A stretch of DNA of 64,000 bases from positions 6,076,001-6,140,000 of the forward strand of contig CM035350.1 of NCBI GenBank assembly GCA_020137815.1, in the 5' to 3' direction. Positions 36,775 to 49,914 of the stretch are shown here, one piece after another. Origin of the DNA: Hormiphora californensis. Lineage: Eukaryota > Animalia > Ctenophora. Each line of letters starts with the position of its first letter. The stretch's first letter is position 1. Position numbers and translations under genes: made by a program. The notes beneath the pieces are model-generated. The model had not been told where the DNA came from and did not search any database. It saw nothing but the letters and a program-made list of their open reading frames with translations.

Positions 36775-38765
36775 GAGAGATGGAGTAGATGAGGGGTAGG
36801 GTAGTTTAGAGGTGGAGTAGATGAGGGGTATGGTAGTTTAGAGGTGGAGTAGATGAGGGGCAGGGTAGCTGTGAGATTCAGTAGATCAAGAAACATTTGA
36901 TTCGACACCGACCCTCTCTCTACTTTTCGATCTGTCCCGGCGTGTTCTACAGCTGCTGTTTGAGAAGAGTTGAATGCGAGCGTGTCAATAACCATATCAC
37001 AGCATGCATCACGGCAGATCAGATTTTTGTTTTAGGTCGGAGAGTTAAACGGCCGGTACAGTGGTAAACTTGATTAAAAACTACGTGCCTCGTTTGACGG
37101 CGATTTTTCCTATCTTAACTAGTTCCTGAGATATGGGATCCCTATACTGCTCCGGTTTTCACAAGACTTAATAATAATAATAATTCATGACATTTAATAT
37201 ACCGCTTAATAGTGTTTAAAATAAATGGCTTGCTACTGATTCAATCAGATCGATGCTACACCATTTACCACTTTCTAAAGCGGTCCACTTTAACGAGGGT
37301 GACAGCAAGAGTGCCAGCTATTGCATGGTACACGGCGTGCCTGGTGAAATTTTAACACGACCTAGCATGCGACGGGAAACCACCACTTGTACGTGGTAGC
37401 TGAGGGTCTACAGAATGGCGCTACGGTGCGGGAAAAAACATTCCATTCCCTAAAATCGTTTTTTTTACTTTTATTTGATTTGGGTCAAAATTGGCTATAT
37501 TAAACGTGGTCCCGAAAAATCCATAATGACTTAGCACACGAAATATGTCACCCCCACCTATTTTTGCACGTAGAATCGATTGCCGTTGAAGTCGAATCTA
37601 TAAAATGACTGTAAAATGGTCAAAAGTTGATTTTTTTACCATTTTTTGGAGGTTTTTGGCCCCTAAACCATTGAAAACGTTGAGATAGGAATTTGAAACT
37701 AGTGCCAATCGTTAAAATGGTCATTTTTCTACCAAGAACCAAGTTTTCGTGTATATCCGATTTATGGTTAGATTTGGGCAAATTGTTGAAATCTGCCAAC
37801 TAGGAGAACCGTAGCTTGATTTTCTTGTTTTTTGGATTTTGGCATTTTTGACAAACTTCTGATTGAAATGGTCAATCGGGACCATGCTTAAGTTGTTTAT
37901 AGGACAATTTTCGACTAAAATCCAAGATTTCATACCAATCCAATAACAGATCGTTGATTTATAGAAAATTTAAGTAGGCAAAACGGTCAAAATGACAACT
38001 TTTCTTGCTTATTTTGACCGTTTTGCCTACTTAAATTTTCTATAAATCAACGATCTGTTATTGGATTGGTATGAAATCTTGGATTTTAGTCGAAAATTGT
38101 CCCATAAACAACTTAAGCATGGTCCCGATTGACCATTTCAATCAGAAGTTTGTCAAAAATGCCAAAATCCAAAAAACAAGAAAATCAAGTTACGGTTCTC
38201 CTAGTTGGCAGATTTCAACAATTTGCCCAAATCTAACCATAAATCGGATATACACGAAAACTTGGTTCTTGGTAGAAAAATGACCATTTTAACGATTGGC
38301 ACTAGTTTCAAATTCCTATCTCAACGTTTTCAATGGTTTAGGGGCCAAAAACCTCCAAAAAATGGTAAAAAATCAACTTTTGACCATTTTATAGTCATTT
38401 TATAGATTCGACTTCAACGGCAATCGATTCTACGTGCAAAAATAGGTGGGGGTGACATATTTCGTGTGCTAAGTCATTATGGATTTTTCGGGACCACGTT
38501 TAATATAGCCAATTTTGACCCAAATCAAATAAAAGTAAAAAAAAAAGATTTTAGGGAATGGAATGTTTTTTCCCGCACTGTAGCGCCATTCTGTAGACCC
38601 TCAGCTACCACGTACAAGTGGTGGTTTCCCGTCGCATGCTAGGTCGTGTTAAAATTTCACCAGGCACGCCGTGGGTATCCTTACATTTTGTCCTTAATCT
38701 AAAAAGACTGAGCAGCATGCTTGTTCATCATCCTTGGCGTGTTTTCTAGTCTGGCGAGCACGCTC
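36775..38765 (-). repeat. Inverted copy 2 of the 33337-33930 repeat, split by the foldback element
   Basis: Collinear reverse-complement match that resumes at 38674 after the insertion. Confidence 0.85.
37331..38673. mobile_element. 1343-bp foldback DNA transposon derivative, CACGG termini, GGTA TSD (Chapaev/CMC-like)
   Basis: 663-bp arms (37331-37993 and 38011-38673), 17-bp spacer, a few arm mismatches. GGTA is duplicated at 37327-37330 and 38674-38677 but single in the empty paralogous site near 33424. Confidence 0.9.
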
Positions 38766-38769
38766 TAAA

Positions 38770-39825
38770 AAACAAAAAGTCACAAAACAATAAATCAATT
38801 CATCCTCGGATCAATTCATCCTCGGATCCTCAAGTTCTTCTCATTTCTCTCTTCCTCAGGTCACCAGTTCAGTATTTGTTAGACTAGTGATAGCAATCTT
38901 CCTCCGATTTCCTCTTAATGCAATAAGGCATGATCTCAGGAGGGAGAATCGTAGCCTCGTTCTCAGATGAGCCATAACTTCACTATATGGTTCTCCGGTT
39001 CTTGTGGAGATTCGGTGTGAGAGGGTCTTTAGCACCTTTTGGAACTCATTGGCTATTCCACCTGCTGTATTCATAACCAGCGGAGAGAAGGCACCCCCTT
39101 CAACTTCTCGTATACGTTTTCCGTACGACTGCTTCTTGCTAGCCTCGTTTCTTCGGTAGAGTTGGTCGAGGGGCGTGTCGACATAGGAGGGCGAATTGGC
39201 ATGGAAAATTCGCACATCCATATGAGCCAGCTGCATTTTTCGCCACATGTCAAGTGCGACCACATCCATCCTTGCATCAGGGGCTGTGTTTGCCGAAGGG
39301 TGAAAGTGTATGCCGTCCGGACAAGGGAGAAGTAGCTTCTCTGTTTCCACACCTTTGAGGCCCGCATACGAGCATATCTCCGCCATTAGGTCCCTGATGT
39401 TGTCGTGACGGAGGATGGAATAGCCCCCAGTTGAACAGGACAAGGTATGGTCCGCATTGTTTGGCTTTCCACATACGCATGTCGCGCCCAAATCTTTGAC
39501 CTCAAACCCGTATCGCAGTGCCACTGAGTCGACGAATTCCAATTGATTCAGTTCGAAGCCCAGGTGAGGGTAGGGTGTTGCCGTGAGCCATACAGATGCT
39601 CCAGCCTCTCCAGCGAGCTCTAGACATCTCACTAGCTTTGGGCATGTGATTCTAGTGAGTAACTCTTTGAGAGTGTCTGAGTGGTGGTCCTCATTCTCCT
39701 TTGCTATCTTGTTCCTTGCCTCTCTTGCATTCTTCTCCACTAGAGCCATTTCTATTTCTTCTTCGTTACGGCATAGTATCAAATCAACAAGGGGCTTCGT
39801 CAATGCTCGGGAGTTGCTGTATGAT
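38770..39825 (-). mobile_element. 5'-truncated CRE-type non-LTR retrotransposon (CCHC knuckle plus restriction-like endonuclease)
   Basis: GASVWLTATP..EFVDSVALRYG, CVCGKPNNADHTLSC..GG...RHDNIRD, ARMDV...DVRIFH...EASKKQSY...FSPLV..GG, LLRSCLIALRG. The ORF's N-terminal ~55 aa derive from an unrelated repeat shared with ~47430. Confidence 0.85.
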
Positions 39826-40144
39826 CTAAAAAACTGTTTGTCAGCACTCGCGAAACACCCAGGCCTGGCCAGATTTTTAACGCGGCCCGGCTGTGCACAG
39901 CTGTGAGCGCAACAATCTTTTATTCGCGCGGCGCGAATAGCTTTACTGCGCAGCTTTGAATTTGCGCGTTTCAAATTCGTTGTTGCACTAGCCGCTGACA
40001 ACTTTTACTTTCTACAGTTGCTACTTTCCGCGCGTCCCACGAACAGTCGTTTCTGTTTGACGCAGAGAGGAGATTGTTTACATGGGATTGACAACGAAGT
40101 AAACTGCAACAATATTTAACATAAACAACCGTATCCCAAAATCC

Positions 40145-41131
40145 CTAAAAACATAACATATCTACAACAAAATCTTGATCATCTACAGTTAATTTTACAC
40201 ATCCATTGTTTGTTGAGCAAATGATATTTTTGTTCCTATACGCAATAACATCGGTTATTGCACCCTGCCCTGGTAACCGTTTCTCAATTATCTCGGCCCC
40301 TTTGTCCCATACCTTCAACAAGCTATCCTTGGACCCACTCACCACCATTTCAGTAGTTTCGGGAAAGAACCGGACCGTGTTAACGGACTCTTCGTGGCCG
40401 TGCATTTCCTTGACTAACATCCTGTTTCTGATATCCCACAGACTCACCTCGCAGCCTGACCCATTAAACCCGTTACTCCCAGTCACAATGAGTGTCCCAG
40501 CAGTATTGACATCACAGCAGCTCTGGATGTACTGTTTAACTGGGTATACATGTACCAACTCTAAATTCCTGGTGTCCCACAACCTCACTCTCTTGTCCTC
40601 ACTAGTCTGCACCAGAAGGTGTCCGCCAGTCATAGTCAGACTTGTGATCAGGTTCCTACTTTCTGTGATCGAGTAGAGGAGTTTAGAGGTGGCGATATCC
40701 CAAGCATTGATACAGTTGTCTCGGGATCCCGATATAATGCGGTCCCCAGACAGGACTACAGCCGTGACAACTAGTGTGTGACCGGTAAAAGTTGTGGCAG
40801 TGGTACCATCCCATAGCCGCACACATGTGTCCCGAGATCCCGTCACAATTCTGCCACACTTACTGCCCACAACTGCAGTTACAGCCTTGCCAGTATCGTG
40901 CCGGAGGTATCTCACTACTTTCCCTGAGCTGTAGTCAAACAGAGTGGCGTTACCGTCCCCTCCACCTGTTATAATGGTATCTGGGGAGGCTCCCTCTGCC
41001 AGACAGTTAACAGTCCCCTGGTGGACCCGACTGAATCGGTGGACAGTGGTTCGGCGTTGGTGTCGCCCTCCCGGGGGGTCCTTCTCCTCTCGGCTCGCTC
41101 GGCCCCCCATACAACTGGTAAATAGTTTCAT
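40145..41131 (-). CDS. WDR31: WD repeat-containing protein 31 (328 aa, single coding exon)
   Basis: Diagnostic GHTLVVT, SGSRDN, SRNLIT, QTSEDKRVRLWD, KQYIQ, SNGFNGSGCEVSLWDIR. ATG at 41131 is preceded by the acceptor TTTGTAG. Confidence 0.9.
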   Translation of the reverse strand: MKLFTSCMGGRASREEKDPPGGRHQRRTTVHRFSRVHQGTVNCLAEGASPDTIITGGGDGNATLFDYSSGKVVRYLRHDTGKAVTAVVGSKCGRIVTGSRDTCVRLWDGTTATTFTGHTLVVTAVVLSGDRIISGSRDNCINAWDIATSKLLYSITESRNLITSLTMTGGHLLVQTSEDKRVRLWDTRNLELVHVYPVKQYIQSCCDVNTAGTLIVTGSNGFNGSGCEVSLWDIRNRMLVKEMHGHEESVNTVRFFPETTEMVVSGSKDSLLKVWDKGAEIIEKRLPGQGAITDVIAYRNKNIICSTNNGCVKLTVDDQDFVVDMLCF

Positions 41132-41430
41132 ACTGCAGTCGCTACAAACAAAAGAGAGAAGGAAATACGAGATCTGAGCAGTGCTGCTGGAATGGGGAGG
41201 TGGAAAGAAAGGGAGAGATAGAGGGAGGGGAGATTTGGGGAAGTCTGACTTAATCAGGTGAAACAAAATTAAAACAATCTGATTTGGGCATCAAGCCAAC
41301 AACATTTATAACAAAATTGGTTTGGCGGCATTCACAACAAGAGAAGGATCGGGTGCAAAAAGGGGAGTTAGCTGTACAGCAACATAGTGTCCATTGGTAA
41401 CAACAGGAATGATGGAAGGCGAACAAATCA

Positions 41431-44606
<3,176 letters not shown>

Positions 44607-44699
44607 ACAATGAATTCAGAGTTGACAAAACTAGATGTAAAGCTACTGGGAACCTAATTGAAAGGTGAAATTGTTAGTATTATATCTTGAATTCACTCG

Positions 44700-45545
44700 A
44701 TCCTAAATCCATTGAAGGAGCTCTGACTGAGTTGGACCCCTACGCTGGTGCACACAGCACCTCCTGGTGATATACCTGCGGCGATCCTATCAAAGTGCCG
44801 GAAACAGCTGGCTTATCCAATATGGTTATTCTCAAGAGTCAGCAAACAACACCGGTTTTCAAAAAGGGCTCGAAAATGGAAGCTAAAAACTATCGTTCGG
44901 TTGCTCTCACATCTCATTTGATCAAAACATTCGAACGGGTTGTAAGAAATAAAGTTGTTGACCACCTCGAGAGAAACGAGATTTCCAACGATGGCCAACA
45001 CGGATTTCGAAGTGACAACATGCTACGCGAACTGAATAACGGCTCAGAGGTAGATGTTGTGTATCTGGATATGGAAAAGGCCTTTGACAATGGTTGCTAT
45101 ATTCAGGTGTTGATGACCAAGCTAGACAAATATGGCTTCCGAGGACGGCTACACTGTTGGATAAGTGAATCTAACAGAGTTGAGACATCAGACAGTTGTT
45201 GTAGACGGGATTCAGTCACGTTCAGAACCGGTAATCAGTGGAGTTCCTCAAGGAACCGTTATTGGGCCGCTGCTGTTTTTTATGTATATGATTGATATTG
45301 AATCGCTGCTAAGGCCCGTCGAATGAGTGGATGGGCGCTCAGTGCATTTAGAGATAGGTCAGACGAGACCATGCTAACGTTGCTGAAATCAATCATTAGA
45401 CCTCAGGTCCTACAAAAAAGAAATTGGACTAGTTGAGGAAAAACAGGTATTTTACCCGTAGCATTGAAAGCTGCTATGGTATGGGCCACTGTGACAGATT
45501 AAAGCATCGTAAGTTGCTGTCTCTTCAACGACGACGTGATCGGTA
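44700..45545 (+). pseudogene. Decayed CR1/L2-group LINE reverse transcriptase fragment
   Basis: PVFKKGSK..NYRSVALTSHLIKTFERVV..QHGFRS..DVVYLDMEKAFD, frameshifted SGVPQGTVLGPLLF, later LLSLQRRRDR; multiple deletions. Confidence 0.85.
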
Positions 45546-45670
45546 GCCCCGGTCAGAGGGCGTGAAACCCCCACATTCAGGGTCCACTTCCAGGGGCGCA
45601 GCCCCGGACGGGGCGTAGGGGGCAGAGCCCCCAGGCAGGGTCCAGGGGCTGCGAAGCCCCCCGAAAATTT
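45546..45670. repeat. GC-rich mini-hairpin array (GGGGCNNAGCCCC)
   Basis: GGGGCGCAGCCCC, GGGGGCAGAGCCCCC, GGGGCTGCGAAGCCCC; probably the interior of a DNA element. Confidence 0.6.
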
Positions 45671-45900
45671 CTGGAATTTTAGGCGTTTTTAAACGATTTT
45701 AAGCACTTCTGAACTCCTTCTGTGAAAAATTGTAAATGTAAATGTAAATGTAAATGTAATATATGCATTTAATATACCACTTTCTAGTGTAAATAATACG
45801 GTGTCCGTATTGATAGCCAACGCTATACGAACACACACACTTCCTAAAGTGGTTATAAGACCAAAAAACACGAACGTTCTACGTAAACATACGAAACGAG

Positions 45901-46869
45901 TTAGTAACCCATTTTAATGATCCCGTTTTGAATGTAATATTTCCCATTTGGATCTTCCAGTCTAAGCCTCTTTACGGTTTCTACTAGTTGTTTTCGTTCC
46001 TTTTGTTGAACAGGAGTCAGATCCGGTGAGAAAAATACAGATGAAAAGTTTTCCGATTGTTTCAAGAGTTGTGCTTTCCTAAGAAGTGCTAACAGAGATT
46101 CTCTGCTCTCCAGAGAGATAACCAGTGGTCTCGTTTTGGAACTTGAATCCAGTTTTTGGCCGACTCGTTTCATTGATTTAGTAACAGGTTTCTCATTTAG
46201 CTCTTCGAATAGTTCTTTCACTGAGATTGAATCAACTCGGGTCGTAGACTCAGGTAGACCAAACACCACGAGGTTTTTAGCTCTATCAGGCTCCACCACT
46301 GCATTGCTAGACACTGAGCTCCGAGGGGTTGCTGCATTTTTCACTACCTTAGGGGTGATCACAGAGCAGTTTTGACTCAAAACGGTAGAATATGCTTTCA
46401 TTTTAGCAACAGAACTGGACGCAGACTCGAGATGGCGGTCTTGTAGAGCGATAATCTTCTTCTGTAGGTCAATTACAGAGATCCGATGCTTATCAAGTTC
46501 CTCCTTGCATTTCTGCATGCGCAGTTCAGCTTCTTTCACTTTACAATCCATGACATGCTGAGAATTCATATACCGATTTACAACACGTACACTGCTAACA
46601 ATAGTCCTGCTACTCAGATTAATAACCTCCTCAATGCTACAGTTTTTGAACGCATTCCTTAACATTCTATCATGATCGTCGATTTGGGCGTCACTGCTAG
46701 TGTACCTCTTGATTTTAGCATGATCAATGTCCCAATCTTGAGGGTTGGGATTAGCTTCCATTTCTTTCCGGCAGGCAGGGTTGAAGATCATTGAAAGATG
46801 AAGAGCCCATGTTGCGATTGAGTTATCATTTATCATAGGGCTATCACCCTTCTCCTCTGTCGTTGTCAT
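45901..46869 (-). CDS. LINE ORF1p-like protein (coiled coil + RRM + CTD), 322 aa, intact, without ORF2
   Basis: RAKNLVVFGLPE..RVGQ..RPLVISL..LLRKAQLLK..VFFSPDLTPVQQKERKQL..YYIQNG. Followed by a ~140-nt UTR and a (TTTACA)n tail at 45731-45759. Confidence 0.85.
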   Translation of the reverse strand: MTTTEEKGDSPMINDNSIATWALHLSMIFNPACRKEMEANPNPQDWDIDHAKIKRYTSSDAQIDDHDRMLRNAFKNCSIEEVINLSSRTIVSSVRVVNRYMNSQHVMDCKVKEAELRMQKCKEELDKHRISVIDLQKKIIALQDRHLESASSSVAKMKAYSTVLSQNCSVITPKVVKNAATPRSSVSSNAVVEPDRAKNLVVFGLPESTTRVDSISVKELFEELNEKPVTKSMKRVGQKLDSSSKTRPLVISLESRESLLALLRKAQLLKQSENFSSVFFSPDLTPVQQKERKQLVETVKRLRLEDPNGKYYIQNGIIKMGY

Positions 46870-47208
46870 TTCTACACCTAGAGGCCGAGCCTCAATAAAT
46901 AGTTTTACGTTGTAGTTGATGAAAGTTTGAAATTGGAAAAAAAGGTTTTATTCTCTGCGCGCACACACAATTTTTGGGTGAACCGGACACCCTGCTCATC
47001 ATGTCAAAATGCACTGTGGCGCGCGGAAGAACCCTCTTTATGCTCTGCCGTGCGTTACAGGTGCGCGCAGTGTCCGGCGAGCGCAAATCTAAAATTTCCC
47101 AGTTTTCGATTTTCGAAAATTCTTTCTGTTTTTTTTGGGCGCCGTTACGATCTGGGTGTTTGGTTGGAATGCGCTGCAGCCCCCTCATGCGCGCACCCCC
47201 GCAACGAA

Positions 47209-47726
47209 TTATATTATAAGGGGCCTGCAACGTATGCCAAGGTGTTTGGAGGCCTGTTTACAGGTGCGCGCTGCCAAAAAAGTTGATTCACTAAAATGGC
47301 TCTAACCGCCAAACCACTCAACCGTTTTGGCTGATTCAAAGTTTATCTGGTAGGAAATGTCAAGGCCTAACCCCAACCCAAACCCAAACCCTAACCCTAA
47401 CCCTACTTTAACCCTAACCCTAAAAAACCGTTTGTCAGCACTCCCAAAACACCCAGATTTTAACGCTGGCCGTTTTTTTTTCATTTTTTCTTCTTTTTAG
47501 TTTCTCTCTCCGTCTTCTTGGCCTGGGTGTCCCGGGTTGGGGTTAGGCCTTGACATTACCTACCAGATAAGCTTTTAATTAGCCAAAACGGTTGAGTGGT
47601 TTGGCGGTTAGAGCCGTTTTAGTGAATCAATTTTTTTGGAAGCGTCCACCTGTTATAATCAGGCCACCAAACACCCAGATTGTAACGGTGCTCGTTGGCA
47701 TACGTTGCAGGCCCCTTATAATATAA
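47209..47726. mobile_element. MITE with ~170-bp imperfect TIRs and central CCCTAA-like repeats, within a larger nested repeat complex (~46900-49410)
   Basis: TATAAGGGGCCTGCAACGTATGCCAA ... TTGGCATACGTTGCAGGCCCCTTATA; outer inverted pair at 47170-47206 / 48232-48263. Confidence 0.75.
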
Positions 47727-49914
47727 TATAAGGGGCCTGGAGGGAATACCGCGCTGGGGGGGAATACATAATCAATCATATCGCAGGTTCCAGATAAGGT
47801 ACAGAAATCGTTTTGGGTAGCGTTGGAAAGAGAAGATAACAGCTTTCAAAATGCAACTCCGGTTTCAGGACTCTATCTTTCAGAAACAGGAAGATATGAA
47901 ACCCAAACTCCGCAAAATCGAGTGGCGGTACAATAAAAAATTCAGAATTTAATTCAAATTTGAAACAAAAGTGTCCCCTGCAGGGAACTAGTGACGTCAC
48001 TTTTTGAACAACACCATCTTTGAACGGCTATTTGCTTCAGCCTCCTCAAGTCAAATTAACTCCTCTCAAAAACAGCAAGGGAAGATAATTGTCAGAGCTA
48101 ACAGCTAAGTGGACAGAATCAAGTCGAAACTTCAGGGCCAAATTATAACACCGCCTTTTTTTCTCGCAACTTATTTTCGAGCGGCCGTCTGAGCTCGCCA
48201 AACCTGCTATAATCAGGCACAAATCAGCCATCGTTGGGGGTGCGCATGAGGGGCTTGCAGCGCTTCCAACGTGTCGAAATGTTGTCCAAAACTCTTAAAA
48301 TTGCAGCTGTTCTAGTAACAAGTCAGGTTCGGAGCTGAGTGCCTTTAAAGTCGGATTTTGAAACTGCACCCCTTTTCGTGTGCAGATGTTTTTGGCGTCA
48401 CATCACATGTTAGTGGGTTTGGCGCAAAATGATAGATTTCACAGCACTGAGTCAATTGGGGGTGAAGTATTCAAAAATCCGATTAAGGTAGTCAATTTCA
48501 AATATTGCCCCCCAACTCGTGACGCGGCGATATTTTAATTTCCTGCGCCCTAATTACAGTTAGACGGCAAAAAATTCGCGCACGACTTTGGGGTGAACGT
48601 TGAAAAAAATGGGTATAATTGCATCAGCTGCATTGGAGTCCAAGGGGATATACCTATTATCTGCAAGGGTTACAGGATAGTAAATGAAACTACTGAAAAA
48701 ATCCGAAGTTTAAACGGTTCAAAATTACAAATTCATGTGGTCAACGACTCACGAGGGAACCCCCCCTTTTTTTTTAACGTCAAAGGGTCCCCCCCGTTTT
48801 TTAAAATTTATTTTTTCAAAAGGTTTCTTAAAATTTGCTTCTTTTGGGCTTTTTTGGAAAGAGGGAAAATCACCCCTTTTTCAAACCCCCAAGAAACTTA
48901 AAATCGGCGAAAAAGTGGTGCGGGTTTGCAAAATGTGTGTGTTAAAATTTTAAAATTTTAACGCACGCATTATGCGCCTTAACGCCGCACACTTTGCGCC
49001 GATTTCAAGTTTCTTGGGCTGTTTAGAACGGGCTCGATGCCCTCTTTCCAACAAGCCTAAAATGAAGCAATTTTGCCAAGAAATGGCAGAGTTATGACCA
49101 AAAACGTCAAATTTTAATTTTAATTTTAACTTTGGTGTGTGGTGACCCCACCTGTTATAATCAGGCCACCAAACACCCGGGCGGGGAAAAAATCTTAAAA
49201 TTTACAGCTGTTCTTCGTAACAGAGGTCAGGGCTCAGAGAGCTGAGATGCCTTTAGTAAGTAATTGCCATCAGCTGCATTGGAGATCCAAGGGCATATAC
49301 CTATTATCTGGCAAGGGTTACAGGATAGTAAAATGAAAATACTACAGAAAAATCCGAAGTTAAAACGGTTCAAAGTTACAAATTCATGTGGCTCACATGA
49401 CTCACGAGCTATATTTTAAAAATCTCATTTTATGTTTAGTCATAATGACGGACTCAGATGGCTTGGACTACAAAGATGTAGCTGCAATTGTACGAGGTGC
49501 ACTGGTATGTAGACACAGAGTCCTCCATTGATTTGCTGCTGTGTAGTCGTCAATTATCAGGGGCATATTCTAACTAAATCGCTTTTCAGAGTTTTGGAAG
49601 GTTGAGATTCCACCCCAAAGCGCTTATGTTCAAGTCCTCTAAGACGGGGAAGATAGATCAGTTTTCATCAGATGATGTTTGTGAGATTCAATGGATGAAG
49701 TAAGTGGTTGTAACGAAATAAGAAATTTAATGTACAATAGCTAAACCATTCGGTCAAAAGTTACAACAAGCAATCTTCAATCTTCAATATGTATAATATC
49801 AAGAAATGCAACTTCAAACGTGTTCTATAACTAAGCGGAACTTAAAGCAACGGTCTTGAATATACTATTCTGCAAATTCTTCAACATATTATGTCCATAG
49901 TCCAAATATTAGTT

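Noticed and set aside
37721-38283. Two identical 70-aa ORFs on opposite strands
   Set aside because: A trivial consequence of the palindrome; no transposase motifs.
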